Notes: a model not told the origin generated them from the sequence alone. A stretch of 43,217 bases of DNA from an uncultured Bdellovibrionales bacterium (GCA_964395165.1 CAYMZY010000002.1:15922-59138), one strand, 5' to 3'. Positions 1 to 9,797 are shown, counted from the stretch's first letter. Numbers and translations: made by a program.

Positions 1-345
1 CGTAGTCTACTCACGAACTCGTCACCGAATGGTGGCATCCGTGTAGGACCGTCCCCTCCAAACCCGCGCATGTACACGTATACATGAAACCGCCGGAAAA
101 AATCCATGATTTTTTTCATCGAAAAACTCCCTTCTGATAGTGAGTGAACAGTCACCTCTCCCGGAAATACGACATGCCTCATGTCCGAAAAAGATTCTCT
201 GAAATGACAACGAACACCATGAAAAAGCCACTTGGCACTTTACGTTAATTATAACACACTAAAACGTTTATGTCCATGCCAAAAATCAACGGTTCTATCA
301 AAAGGAAACTAGGACCGTAAAAGCCTCAATCAACCTTCCGGAGAA

Positions 346-810
346 TCAGCGCCCATACTCGTCGATCACTATCTTCTTCTGTCGCATGATGATGGAGAAA
401 GCGTCCGGTTCTTGCATCAGCTCACGCATGTTTCCGGGCACAACCTGCCAACTCAGACCATATCTATCCTTGCACCAGCCGCACTGCTCGGATTCTGGTA
501 CATGAGAAAGCTTTGCCCAGAAATAATCGATCTCTTCCTGATTCTCGCAGGAGATCGAAAAAGATACTGCCTCACTGAAACTGAATTCCGGTCCAGCATT
601 GATGGCTACGAAGCACGCCCCATCCAGTTCGAATTCAATGGTTAGTACCTTGCCGGCCAAATCCTTCTGAAAATCAGCCAAGCCCTCCGCAGCGCTTTCG
701 GGATAATATTCAGTGGAAAGTATCTCGCTGCGAGGAAAGACCGAGACATAGAAATCGACAGCCTCCGCGGCATTCCCGTTGAACCATAGATTCGGTGTGA
801 TTTTTTGCAT
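346..810 (-). CDS. VOC-superfamily protein, PhnB / 3-demethylubiquinone-9 3-methyltransferase-domain type
   Basis: ORF 346..882. I place the start at the internal ATG (808-810), giving MQKITPNLWFNGNAAEAVDFY, the usual N-terminus of this family. CGWCKDRYGLSWQV lies near the C-terminus. Confidence 0.8.
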   Translation of the reverse strand: MQKITPNLWFNGNAAEAVDFYVSVFPRSEILSTEYYPESAAEGLADFQKDLAGKVLTIEFELDGACFVAINAGPEFSFSEAVSFSISCENQEEIDYFWAKLSHVPESEQCGWCKDRYGLSWQVVPGNMRELMQEPDAFSIIMRQKKIVIDEYGR

Positions 811-927
811 ACACAATTTTATCGAATTACGTATTTCCAGTATATCAGTTTCCGATCCGCACCCCGAGCGACAAAAAAACAAGCTCTGTTACGACCCTGC
901 TCTCTTGGCCTATTCGAACTGCGTAGA

Positions 928-952
928 GCGCCTCCCCGAAAGGAGAAGGCGC
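928..952 (-). terminator. GC-rich hairpin just downstream of the 973..1401 CDS (terminator-like, no clear U-tract)
   Basis: The minus strand reads GCGCCUUCUCC-UUUC-GGGGAGGCGC, about a 10-bp stem including G-U pairs. It starts about 20 nt after the stop codon, and the following sequence is not T-rich. Confidence 0.35.
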
Positions 953-972
953 TGTCAGAACTCTTTTCAGGT

Positions 973-1401
973 TTACCTGTTTGGATTACATTCTATGATC
1001 CATTCAATCCCATATTTATCCCGGAACATGCCGAAATATATTCCCAAAGGACTATCCTCCACCGGTGCCTCTACTTGCCCCTCGAGAGAAAGTCCATTGA
1101 ATATTTTTTCAGCCTCTTCTTTACTTTCTACGTTCACATGGATCTTACTCCTATTTTCATTTTCACTTACTCTCCCCATAAATTCAGGCACATCATTTCC
1201 TATCAGCATGCTTCCACTGCCAATCGGCAAAATAATCTGCATAATTTTATCTGCATCTTCTTCTGCGACCGTGAACTCAGGACTTGCAAGATCTTTCAGA
1301 CGAGTCACCTTTGTGAACTCGCCACCAAAAACAGACCTGTAAAAATTGAATGCTTCTTCGGCATTGCCGTTAAAATTGATCCAGGGGTTTATCGTCATCA
1401 T
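973..1401 (-). CDS. VOC-superfamily protein, PhnB-like (paralog of the neighbouring gene)
   Basis: 142-aa ORF. It has INPWINFNGNAEEAFNFYRSVFGG at the N-terminus and FRDKYGIEWII at the C-terminus, the same fold signature as 346..810. Confidence 0.8.
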   Translation of the reverse strand: MMTINPWINFNGNAEEAFNFYRSVFGGEFTKVTRLKDLASPEFTVAEEDADKIMQIILPIGSGSMLIGNDVPEFMGRVSENENRSKIHVNVESKEEAEKIFNGLSLEGQVEAPVEDSPLGIYFGMFRDKYGIEWIIECNPNR

Positions 1402-1477
1402 AATAAGTATTATTCATATAATCTCACGATCTTTCTCATGGTTTGTGTGCCCAAATGACAGGATTCCGAGTCCCTCT

Positions 1478-2863
1478 CTACTTATCGCCTTCCAAAAGTT
1501 TGACGAGAAGGCGGACCGGAGCGCCAGCAGCACCCTTGGCCAAATATTCCCCCTCGACGGCGGTCATGCGCGGCGCGATATCGAGATGCACCCATGGATA
1601 CCCGTCCGCAAATTGTTTGAGAAAGGCGGCAGCCGTAATCGCTCCCCCCCAACGCGTCTTCCCGAGATTGGAAACATCGCCGAAAGTGCCCTTGATCTCC
1701 GCATCATACTCATCCCAAAGCGGCAACGGCCAGACATAATCCCCGCTTGTTTCTCCCAGTTCACGAAAGCGCTGTTCAAGATCCCTGTCTTGTGTAAAGA
1801 GGGCTGAAGCACGCTCGCCGAGAGCCACGACAGCCGCTCCCGTCAGGGTCGCGACATCGACCACGAGCGCAGGATCGTAGCGCTTGGCATATGTCAGGGC
1901 ATCGGCCAAAATGATACGCCCTTCTGCATCCGTATTGTCGACCTGTATCGTCTTTCCCGACATCGAACGGAGAATATCGCCCGGACGATAGCTCGTACCC
2001 GAGGGCATATTCTCGACGGCCGGCACCAGAACGACGATATTCTTCTTGACCTTGAGGCGCGCTGCCGCTGCCAAAGCATGGATGACCGCTGCCCCGCCCG
2101 ACATATCCATGTTCATCCCGAGCATCGAATCACCCGGTTTCAGATTGATACCTCCCGTATCAAAAGTCACCCCCTTGCCCACAAGCACGACCGGCGCTTC
2201 ACCCTTCTTGTCGCCGAAGTATTCCATCACGATGAACTTTGCAGGAAAAGCCGACCCTTTCCCGACGCCGAGCACGCCGCCCATCTTAAGCTTCTGCATT
2301 TCCGGTACTCCAAAGATCTTCACCTTGATCGGAAGCTTGGCTGCGACCCGTCTCGCCTCATTGGCCAGAACAGACGGAGTCATATCGCCTCCAGGGAGAT
2401 TCGCGAGACGGCGACAAGCATTCGTTTCGGTACCGATGATGATTCCTCGTTCCAATCCGCGACGGAAATCCCGATCGGCTCCATCGATCACGACTTCATC
2501 AATCACCGGAAAACCGTCCTTGGGCTTGGTAAGATGCTCGGTGAAAGCATGGTGCGCCATCAGCATATTGACCGCGCAGAGCTCCCCGAGATCCTCGCTC
2601 CCTATCGGAAGCGACTTGAAACGCAGGCTTTCCAAAGACAACACCAGCCGCCTCAGCCGCCTCATCTTGGCCGAGATTACAATCCTTCGCATCAGAAGAA
2701 TAAGCCCACGTCGAGTCATTTTTTTCGAATCTTCGACGTGGATTATCATCTCCTGCCGTCCATCAGCCAAACGAACCACTTCGTCAATCGTGCCTGTCTC
2801 AATCCGCACCCGCACTGTATCCTTCGCCACCTTCATCGACTTCTCTCCTGCGGTCATCTTCAT
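1478..2863 (-). CDS. pepA: Leucyl aminopeptidase, M17 family
   Basis: 461-aa ORF with the M17 signatures VGKGVTFDTGGINLKP and NTDAEGRIILADAL. Confidence 0.9.
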   Translation of the reverse strand: MKMTAGEKSMKVAKDTVRVRIETGTIDEVVRLADGRQEMIIHVEDSKKMTRRGLILLMRRIVISAKMRRLRRLVLSLESLRFKSLPIGSEDLGELCAVNMLMAHHAFTEHLTKPKDGFPVIDEVVIDGADRDFRRGLERGIIIGTETNACRRLANLPGGDMTPSVLANEARRVAAKLPIKVKIFGVPEMQKLKMGGVLGVGKGSAFPAKFIVMEYFGDKKGEAPVVLVGKGVTFDTGGINLKPGDSMLGMNMDMSGGAAVIHALAAAARLKVKKNIVVLVPAVENMPSGTSYRPGDILRSMSGKTIQVDNTDAEGRIILADALTYAKRYDPALVVDVATLTGAAVVALGERASALFTQDRDLEQRFRELGETSGDYVWPLPLWDEYDAEIKGTFGDVSNLGKTRWGGAITAAAFLKQFADGYPWVHLDIAPRMTAVEGEYLAKGAAGAPVRLLVKLLEGDK

Positions 2864-2901
2864 ACTCTTACTTTCAGGTCAGTTATCATCACAAACCCCT
2901 C

Positions 2902-3387
2902 TCATTTCTCCTTCTGCCCAGTCGTCAATCGTAGAATCTCGGCGAGTACTTCCTCCGCGTGCTCCTCGGGTTTCACGTTCCCATAGATTTTCGCGATCTT
3001 TCCTTCCGGATCGATGAGAAAAGTCGTGCGTAGAATACCCATGTATTCACGACCCATGAATTTCTTCTTCGCCCACACGCCATACCGCTCCACGACAGTC
3101 TTGTCCTCATCGGCCAAAAGTAGAAAAGGAAGTGCGTACTTCTCGACGAACTTTGCATGCTTTTTCACCGAGTCCGCTGAAACGCCCAATACGACGATAC
3201 CCGACCGCTTGAAACGCGCGAATCCGTCACGAAAACCACAGGCTTCCTTCGTGCACCCAGGCGTATCATCTTTCGGATAGAAATAGAGGACTACCCACTG
3301 CCCGAGAAAGTCCGCAAGCGCACGCGAGTGCCCACTCTGATCCAGCAGGACAAACTCGGGAGCCCGGTTCTGAATACTGAGAGACAT
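2902..3387 (-). CDS. bcp: Thioredoxin-dependent peroxiredoxin (Bcp type)
   Basis: ORF 2902..3525. I prefer the internal ATG at 3385-3387 (MSLSIQNRAPEF), which removes the overlap with rarA. The peroxidatic-Cys motif FYPKDDTPGCTKEAC is present. Confidence 0.88.
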   Translation of the reverse strand: MSLSIQNRAPEFVLLDQSGHSRALADFLGQWVVLYFYPKDDTPGCTKEACGFRDGFARFKRSGIVVLGVSADSVKKHAKFVEKYALPFLLLADEDKTVVERYGVWAKKKFMGREYMGILRTTFLIDPEGKIAKIYGNVKPEEHAEEVLAEILRLTTGQKEK

Positions 3388-3512
3388 AGCAATCAATTCA
3401 TACCAATTACCCTGCTTTCTATTCACTAAAAATAACGGGTATCGGGCCACAGGGCAAGTCTCAGACCCGATACCACCGCCACTCCGCTCGGAATCGAAGA
3501 CGCACCCTCGCC

Positions 3513-4742
3513 TCACTCGCTCCATTTGGCAACGATATACTTTTTTCCCTTCAACTTTTCCGGCAGATATTCCTGCTCGGATGCTTCAGGGTCCTTAAAC
3601 TTTGGCGTGTATTTGTATCCCTGCCCATATCCGAGGTTCTTCATGAGTTTAGTCGGCGCATTGCGCAGATGGAGCGGCACCGGTTCGTTCGGAAATTTCC
3701 GGATATCGTCCTTCACCCGACCATACGCTTCATACAGAGCATTGGACTTCTTCGACTTGGCGAGATACACGACCGCTTGCGCTAGACTAAGCTCACATTC
3801 CGGCATTCCGAGATGCCGACAGGCCTCAAGCGCCGCGACAGCCTGCGGAAGGGCAAAGGAATTCGCGAGCCCGACATCTTCGGAAGCGAAACGGATCAAT
3901 CGGCGCGCGACATACAGCGGATCTTCCCCGGCTTCAAGCATCCGTCCAAGCCAGTACAATGCGCCATCGGCATCGCTTCCACGCAGAGACTTATGCAACG
4001 CCGAGATCACATCGTAGTGCCATTCCCCCTTCTTGTCGTACAGGAGATGGGAACGCTGCATGACCGCTTCGGCCAGCTCCATCGTAACCTTTTTCGTCCG
4101 GAACGCGCATGCCTCGAGAGCCGAGAGAGCTTGTCGTGCGTCCCCTCCGGAAGCTTCAGCAAGAAACTCCGCCACACCATCTTCAATCTGCACCTTCTTC
4201 GCAAGAAGAATCTCATCTTCCCGTAACGCCCGCTTCAAAAGCACTGCTATGGTTTCCGAAGACAAGGATTGTAACACCAATACCCGGGTACGAGAAAGAA
4301 GCGCTGAGTTCACGGAAAAACTCGGATTCTCCGTCGTGGCACCGACGAGCGTGATCACCCCCGCCTCGACGAACGGCAAAAGCGCGTCCTGCTGCGCCTT
4401 ATTCCAACGATGGATCTCATCAAGAAAAAGAATCGTCCGTTTCCCGTCCAAGCGATCCCTTTCCGCCTGTTCAAGCACAGCCGTTAAATCCTTCTTTCCG
4501 CTCGAGACCGCCGAAAGATTCACGAACACCGAATCAAGCTCCCGGGCGAGTATCCGGGCAAGCGTCGTCTTACCGCTTCCGGGCGGCCCCCAAAAAATCA
4601 GAGAGGGTAGCATTCCGCTTCTTACCGCTTCACGCAGGAAACTCCCCTCGCCGAAAATCTTCTCCTGTCCGAGATAAGTCTCGACCGATTGCGGCCGCAT
4701 ACGTTCTGGAAGAGGAACGATAACATCGTGAGTATCTTTCAT
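3513..4742 (-). CDS. rarA: Replication-associated recombination protein A (AAA+ ATPase, MgsA/RarA)
   Basis: 409-aa ORF with Walker A GPPGSGKTTLA, Walker B LFLDEIHRWNKAQQD, and a MgsA C-terminal region (YDVISALHKSLRGSD, GEDPLYVARRL). Confidence 0.9.
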   Translation of the reverse strand: MKDTHDVIVPLPERMRPQSVETYLGQEKIFGEGSFLREAVRSGMLPSLIFWGPPGSGKTTLARILARELDSVFVNLSAVSSGKKDLTAVLEQAERDRLDGKRTILFLDEIHRWNKAQQDALLPFVEAGVITLVGATTENPSFSVNSALLSRTRVLVLQSLSSETIAVLLKRALREDEILLAKKVQIEDGVAEFLAEASGGDARQALSALEACAFRTKKVTMELAEAVMQRSHLLYDKKGEWHYDVISALHKSLRGSDADGALYWLGRMLEAGEDPLYVARRLIRFASEDVGLANSFALPQAVAALEACRHLGMPECELSLAQAVVYLAKSKKSNALYEAYGRVKDDIRKFPNEPVPLHLRNAPTKLMKNLGYGQGYKYTPKFKDPEASEQEYLPEKLKGKKYIVAKWSE

Positions 4743-5296
4743 AGAGGTACTTTTCCTTGTCGTAAAACTTTCACCTGATTTCTTTCAAATCGAACGAGAG
4801 TTGATGGTTCTCCCGCGAGCATCCCTCCGTCAGCGTAGAAATCGACCCGGGAACCGAAATACCGCCTCGCCTCATCGAGAGTACGCGCCGCCAGCCTTCC
4901 TTGCGGATTTGCGCTTGGAGCAATGAGTGGACCAGTTTCTCGAAGTAAGTTTCGGAGCCAAACAGAATCCGGTACTCGAAACGCAAGCGAGTGAATCCCT
5001 CGATGTAAAAATGAAAATTGACTACTCTCACAAGAGAGCAGTACACTCACGGCACCCGGCCAGTGTTTCCTCAAAAAATCTGATTCCTCATTCGTGGGAA
5101 TCACTCCAAATTCGGTCAACTCACTCCTATCTGAAATGAGGATAATACACTGCTTCTCTCTATCCCGATTTCGGAGAGTATATACCCGCTCTACGGCTTC
5201 TAGCATTCTTGCCGATGCAACAATGCCGTATATCGTATCGGTCGGAATAATCCCTACCATCCCCTGTCTCAGTTTAAGAGCAATGTTCTGCTCCAT
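4739..5296 (-). CDS. tsaC: L-threonylcarbamoyladenylate synthase, YrdC/TsaC-type single domain
   Basis: 185-aa ORF with the YrdC-domain motif IIPTDTIYGIVA. Its stop overlaps the rarA start by 4 nt. Confidence 0.8.
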   Translation of the reverse strand: MEQNIALKLRQGMVGIIPTDTIYGIVASARMLEAVERVYTLRNRDREKQCIILISDRSELTEFGVIPTNEESDFLRKHWPGAVSVLLSCESSQFSFLHRGIHSLAFRVPDSVWLRNLLRETGPLIAPSANPQGRLAARTLDEARRYFGSRVDFYADGGMLAGEPSTLVRFERNQVKVLRQGKVPL

Positions 5297-5345
5297 ACAT
5301 TTTTCTCAAGAATTTCTCTTTTCATGCTGCTCCTGTTTCTCCATC

Positions 5346-5374
5346 TTGCAGTATACTTATTTTTGTGTTATTAT
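5346..5374 (+). promoter_or_regulatory. Candidate sigma70-type promoter for the 5444 gene
   Basis: TTGCAG (5346-5351), 17-nt spacer, TATTAT (5369-5374). A GGAGGAGG Shine-Dalgarno follows, just before the ATG at 5444. Confidence 0.5.
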
Positions 5375-5443
5375 TATTCCCGAGCTTGAAATAAGCTCCT
5401 CAGTTTATTAACAGTAACACATTTTTCGGAGGAGGATACACCG

Positions 5444-6091
5444 ATGTTTCATCCAATCTTCAGGATGTTGGCAGTGACACTGATACTTGCGCTCCTGGTA
5501 AAAGGGAATGCTTCAGCAGCTCCCCTTGCCCTTACTACCTTCGATTTCGAAGACGGATTGATTCCGGCGACCGCGATAATCGATGGCAATGTCGATATCG
5601 TACCAGGAGTCACGAAAGGAGTTATCCGTCTTCCCTGTTACGAAGGAAGTCACTGTCTCCGGATCGCACCCGGGCAAGGTCCACGGAACCACAATGCGGG
5701 TATCGAATTCGGTATCCCTGACATCCGAACCGGCGACAGTATCTCGTTCGCATACGTCGTTATCCCTGAAATCAACAATGATTTCATCGGATTCTCCCTG
5801 ACGGGACCAGGGTTCTTCGAGTGGCTCGAGATACTTCCGATAGGAACATGGGCGCAATTTTCCTACACCGTCCCCGACCTGGATGAAGGAGGGCCGAGCA
5901 TCATGACAACAGCTTCGGCCGATTGGATGGTAGCCGTCTGGGTCGAGAATACCGTCGGAGATCCGGACCGGACATCCCTCTGGATCGATAAAGTCGGCAT
6001 CGAACGACGCGTCCCTGAACCGAAGAGCATCCTGCTTATGGCTCTCGGCCTGACAGGTATCAGGATAACCCGAAAAAAATGCAATAAATAG
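5444..6091 (+). CDS. Secreted protein with N-terminal signal peptide and PEP-CTERM-like C-terminal sorting signal
   Basis: 215-aa ORF with a strong SD. The signal peptide is MLAVTLILALLVKGNASA|AP. The C-terminus VPEPKSILLMALGLTGIRITRKK has the PEP motif, a hydrophobic helix and a basic tail. Confidence 0.7.
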   Translation: MFHPIFRMLAVTLILALLVKGNASAAPLALTTFDFEDGLIPATAIIDGNVDIVPGVTKGVIRLPCYEGSHCLRIAPGQGPRNHNAGIEFGIPDIRTGDSISFAYVVIPEINNDFIGFSLTGPGFFEWLEILPIGTWAQFSYTVPDLDEGGPSIMTTASADWMVAVWVENTVGDPDRTSLWIDKVGIERRVPEPKSILLMALGLTGIRITRKKCNK

Positions 6092-6140
6092 CAGCAGTCA
6101 TGTCCGCCATCCATTGAATCAAGATACGAGACGGACCACC

Positions 6141-6180
6141 GCCGACTCTCCTCCTTACGGAAGACGAGTCGGCTTTTTTT
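6141..6180 (+). terminator. Rho-independent terminator of the 5444..6091 gene
   Basis: GCCGACTC...GAGTCGGC stem followed by TTTTTTT (6174-6180). Confidence 0.7.
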
Positions 6181-6220
6181 ATCCGAAAGAGACCCGGCGT
6201 CCCGCCACCTCACTTGCCAC

Positions 6221-7012
6221 TCAGGCCTGAAACGTCATCTTCACCGGACAATGGTCGGATCCCGGAATATCCGTCAGGTACTCTATATCGCTCACGCGTG
6301 ACACAGACTCCGTATCCGAAAAAAAATAGTCGATGCGCCAACCGATATTCCGCTCCCGGGCACGCGTCTTCATATCCCACCACGAATACCGGACCTGTTC
6401 CGGATGCGCCTCTCGGAACACATCAATGAATCCAGCCCCAAGAAGGCCATCTATCCACGCCCGTTCTTCCGGAAGGAATCCAGAAGTCTTCTGGTTTTCC
6501 TTCGGTCGTGCCAGGTCTATTTCCCGATGTGCCGTATTCACATCGCCACAAAAGATGACGTGTTTCCCCCGCGCTGTCAGGTCCGAAATATATGTCAAAA
6601 ACTCCGCATAGAACTGCATCTTGTACCGGAGTCGCTCCTCGCCCGATCCTCCGTTCGGAAAGTAGATATTCAAAAGTACGAAATCTCTGAAATGCAGTTC
6701 CATCATCCGCCCCTCACGCGACAGCAAGGAATCGGCTCCGAAGAATGTCCTTACCTCGAAAGGTTCTTCCCGCGTATACACCGCCGTCCCACTGTATCCC
6801 TTCTTCTCCGTCGCGCAGTGAAAGTATGCGAAGTATCCATCCGGCTGCGCCAGGGATTTCGAAAGCTGATCTGGATGTGAGATTTTCGTCTCCTGCAGGC
6901 ACACGACGGAGTACTGGTGATGGTACAACCATTCCAGAAAACCCTTCCGTTCCGCTGCGCGGATACCGTTCACATTCCAAGAAACCAACGAGAACGAAGA
7001 TCTTTTCTGCAT
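6221..7012 (-). CDS. xth: Exodeoxyribonuclease III (AP endonuclease, EEP fold)
   Basis: 263-aa ORF with SWNVNGIRA, CLQETK, GDVNTAHREID and SDHCPV motifs. Confidence 0.9.
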   Translation of the reverse strand: MQKRSSFSLVSWNVNGIRAAERKGFLEWLYHHQYSVVCLQETKISHPDQLSKSLAQPDGYFAYFHCATEKKGYSGTAVYTREEPFEVRTFFGADSLLSREGRMMELHFRDFVLLNIYFPNGGSGEERLRYKMQFYAEFLTYISDLTARGKHVIFCGDVNTAHREIDLARPKENQKTSGFLPEERAWIDGLLGAGFIDVFREAHPEQVRYSWWDMKTRARERNIGWRIDYFFSDTESVSRVSDIEYLTDIPGSDHCPVKMTFQA

Positions 7013-7089
7013 AGGGAACTTGAAGTGACTACTGATAAGAATGACGTATCATTGTCAAATGTAGTAGGTGAAATCGAGTCTGGTACCCA

Positions 7090-8259
7090 TTATTTCCTGA
7101 GAGCCCATTCGTTGCCAGACAAAGTCAGGACCAGCTCGTCCAGCTCCCGGTGTCGACGTTTTTTTTCCGGAAACGGAACATCATCTTCCATCTCCTTCAT
7201 ACCCACCGTCCCCGGTCGGGGCGAATACCAAGCGATATACGCCTTCTCGAACCTCACGAGCCGAACCAACTTTTTCGTCTCTTCGAACTCCGCTTCCGTC
7301 TCTCCAGGAAAACCGACGATGATATCCGTAGTGAACTTCGCATCAGGTATCCGGGTTCGGATACGTTCGGTGAGCGAAAGATACTCCTCTTGAGTATACC
7401 AGCGATTCATCCGTTTCAATACCGAATCGCTCCCTGCCTGTACCGGCAGGTGAATGAGGCGGTCGATATTCGGATACCTCGCGATCACGTCAATCAATTC
7501 TTCCGAAAAGTCCCATGGATTCGAGGAAATGAAAGAAATCCTCTTGATCCGTGGAAACATCGCCACCGCCTCAAGCAGGTATGGAAAAAGGGTCGGGATG
7601 CGGTGACGGGAGAGATGCTTGACCATAACCGGCTTCACCGAACGCCCATCCGGCAAAACATATTCTTCTTTCTCGCCAAGTTTCTCCAGAAGTAGATCGG
7701 CTCCATACGAATTCACGTTCTGGCCGAGCAACATAACCTCTTCCGCCCCGTTCCGAACCGCTTCCTCTACTTCATTCAGAATCTCACCGAAGGGCCGAGA
7801 ACGCTCTTTCCCACGCGAAAACGGCACGATGCAATAGGAACAGAAATTATTGCAGCCGTTCGATATCGGAATCGAGACCGATTGCAGAGAGGTCCTCTTC
7901 GGCGCGTATTCGAATCCGACTTCCTCCAAAGGTAAAAACTCTACATCAGGCAATCGTGCCCGAAGACTCTTCATCATCTTGCCGCCTGGTACACGGGAAG
8001 CCGCTCCGATCAGACAACCGGTCACAACGATACGCACCTCCGCATTCCCTCTGAGTCCTTTCCGAATATTCCGCACGAGACCGAAGACCTTCTCGGCAGC
8101 CCGTTCGCGGACGACACAGGTATTCAAGATGATCACCTGGGCTTCCTGCATGTTTTCCGCCTGAACCAAACCGCGCGCCTCATAGAAGCTCGCGATCCGC
8201 TCCGAGTCAGCCTCATTCTGCTGACAACCGAAAGTCGTGATAAAATAATGATCTGTCAT
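7090..8259 (-). CDS. MiaB/RimO-family radical-SAM methylthiotransferase (short, little or no TRAM domain)
   Basis: ORF 7090..8286 opens on GTG. The first ATG is at 8257-8259 (MTDHYFITTFGCQQNEADSE, UPF0004 domain). Radical-SAM cluster motif CNNFCSYCIVP is present. Confidence 0.82.
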   Translation of the reverse strand: MTDHYFITTFGCQQNEADSERIASFYEARGLVQAENMQEAQVIILNTCVVRERAAEKVFGLVRNIRKGLRGNAEVRIVVTGCLIGAASRVPGGKMMKSLRARLPDVEFLPLEEVGFEYAPKRTSLQSVSIPISNGCNNFCSYCIVPFSRGKERSRPFGEILNEVEEAVRNGAEEVMLLGQNVNSYGADLLLEKLGEKEEYVLPDGRSVKPVMVKHLSRHRIPTLFPYLLEAVAMFPRIKRISFISSNPWDFSEELIDVIARYPNIDRLIHLPVQAGSDSVLKRMNRWYTQEEYLSLTERIRTRIPDAKFTTDIIVGFPGETEAEFEETKKLVRLVRFEKAYIAWYSPRPGTVGMKEMEDDVPFPEKKRRHRELDELVLTLSGNEWALRK

Positions 8260-8306
8260 AGGATAGGCAGTGTACCAGGAATACACCGGAGAATCAAACG
8301 AAATCC

Positions 8307-9359
8307 CTATTCTCCTTTTTTCCGTATGGCGAGTTGACCGCAGGCGGCATCGATATCCTCACCCATCGTCCTTCGACGAGTGACATCCACTCCGGCCGAC
8401 TCGAGACGCTCCTGAAACGCATCGATCTCACCCTGCGTACTTTTCCGAAAAGTATCTCCCGTATAGTTGTACGGAATGAGATTGATGCGCACTTTTCCGA
8501 TTCGTCGGACGAATCTGACCAGAGCTTCCGCGTGCTTTTCCGAATCATTCACTCCGGAAAGCATGACATATTCGAATGTCAGATGGCGGCGCTTCGAATC
8601 AAATTTCGCGAAATACCGCTCCGCCCACCGGACGAGAACTTCAGGAAAATCATCGTACGAGGTCGGCATAATTTCCTTTCGAGTTTTCGGATCAGCACTA
8701 TGGAGTGACACCGCAAGCCGGACCGCCGGCCACTCAGCGTCATCGAGGATATGCTCGAGCATCGGAACCAATCCGACCGTCGAAACCGTGATATGTGTCG
8801 GACCGATATCGGTATGAGCCAAGATCGTCCGAAGCGACTGTTTCACCGCCTCATAATTCGCCAGCGGTTCCCCCATCCCCATATAAACGATATTGCTGAT
8901 ACGTGCCGATACCTCTGGATGATCCGCCAAGAAGTACACCCAGTGTCTCACCTGATCGACGATCTCATCATTCGAAAGGTTCCGTGAAAATCCCATCTTA
9001 CCGGTCGCGCAGAAAGTGCAGGCCATAGCACAGCCGACCTGAGTCGAAACACAGACCGTAAAAGCGCCCCGGGCGTTCTTCATGAGTACCGTCTCGATCA
9101 TTTTCCCATCAGCCAGTTTCAACAAGGCCTTGAAGGTGTCTTTCTTCCGACTCCAAAAAACCTGTGCCTCCCTGTAAGATACGAATACCTCCTCCTCGTG
9201 AAGCGGACTTCGCCAAAGAGCTGGAAGCGTCGTGATATCCCCGAAAGAACGGACGGAAGGCGAAAAAAGCGCCCGCTCAATCTGAGACAGTCGCCAAGAA
9301 GGAATCTCTCCAAATAGGTCAGAGAGGGCCGTTTCCCTAGTTTTTTTCTGAGTATACAT
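8307..9359 (-). CDS. rlmN: 23S rRNA/tRNA (adenine-C2)-methyltransferase RlmN (radical SAM)
   Basis: 350-aa ORF with GCAMACTFCATG and MGMGEPLANY motifs. Confidence 0.9.
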   Translation of the reverse strand: MYTQKKTRETALSDLFGEIPSWRLSQIERALFSPSVRSFGDITTLPALWRSPLHEEEVFVSYREAQVFWSRKKDTFKALLKLADGKMIETVLMKNARGAFTVCVSTQVGCAMACTFCATGKMGFSRNLSNDEIVDQVRHWVYFLADHPEVSARISNIVYMGMGEPLANYEAVKQSLRTILAHTDIGPTHITVSTVGLVPMLEHILDDAEWPAVRLAVSLHSADPKTRKEIMPTSYDDFPEVLVRWAERYFAKFDSKRRHLTFEYVMLSGVNDSEKHAEALVRFVRRIGKVRINLIPYNYTGDTFRKSTQGEIDAFQERLESAGVDVTRRRTMGEDIDAACGQLAIRKKGE

Positions 9360-9451
9360 CCGGACACTCTAACACATCAGACGCTATCGTCAAACCCTCC
9401 TTCCTCTCCGGAAATGCCCGTGCTGATTCCAACCCATCCATTGATATGGCT

Positions 9452-9793
9452 TCATTTCTTTTCCGGAATGGTATCGAGCCGAAAAAAATCATGTTCCAAA
9501 GATACGCCAGTCTCATGCCGTTTCCGTTTCTCAAGGGAAGCGGAAACGGCTTTCTTGAAGCTAGCCTCTTTAAAATCGGTTTCCTGGACATAGGAATCCA
9601 GGAATGCCTTCTTTGTTCGTTCGCTCCATGAATACTGATAAAGACTGTAGTACCAGTACCATGCCCCGGCCACGAGGACGGCGGCAAAAAATACCAGAAA
9701 GACGCGACGGTATAACTGATACCAGAGAAGTGTCACCTTCTGGGAGGAGAATCGGGAACGAAAACGGGAAATATCCGAAAATGGATTTTTCAT
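9452..9793 (-). CDS. Small single-pass membrane protein, last gene of the pilus block
   Basis: ORF 9452..9823. The ATG at 9791-9793 lies 4 nt after the stop of the pilO-like gene. One hydrophobic helix is present (VFLVFFAAVLVAGAWYWYY). I recognise no family. Confidence 0.5.
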   Translation of the reverse strand: MKNPFSDISRFRSRFSSQKVTLLWYQLYRRVFLVFFAAVLVAGAWYWYYSLYQYSWSERTKKAFLDSYVQETDFKEASFKKAVSASLEKRKRHETGVSLEHDFFRLDTIPEKK

Positions 9794-9797
9794 ACGA

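Noticed and set aside
22-231. 69-aa minus-strand ORF at the left edge
   Set aside because: The composition is Cys/Arg/Phe-rich and not protein-like, with no motif and no start signals. Region 1-345 seems non-coding apart from an AT-rich hairpin (95-117). A frame-1 reading that ends at 85-87 could be the tail of an off-window gene, but I cannot support it.
2046-3017. Long plus-strand ORFs (323 and 302 aa) opposite pepA
   Set aside because: These are antisense shadow ORFs of a confidently identified M17 peptidase gene. They are Ser/Arg/Pro-rich with low-complexity translations.
3388-3525. N-terminal extensions offered by the ORF track (bcp to 3525, VOC to 882, uvrB to 30724, YdjC to 26747, queH to 40569, the HExxH protein to 38801)
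   Set aside because: The extensions overlap upstream genes or promoters. They add non-conserved residues ahead of family-typical N-termini, and several open on TTG or GTG, so I preferred the internal ATGs.
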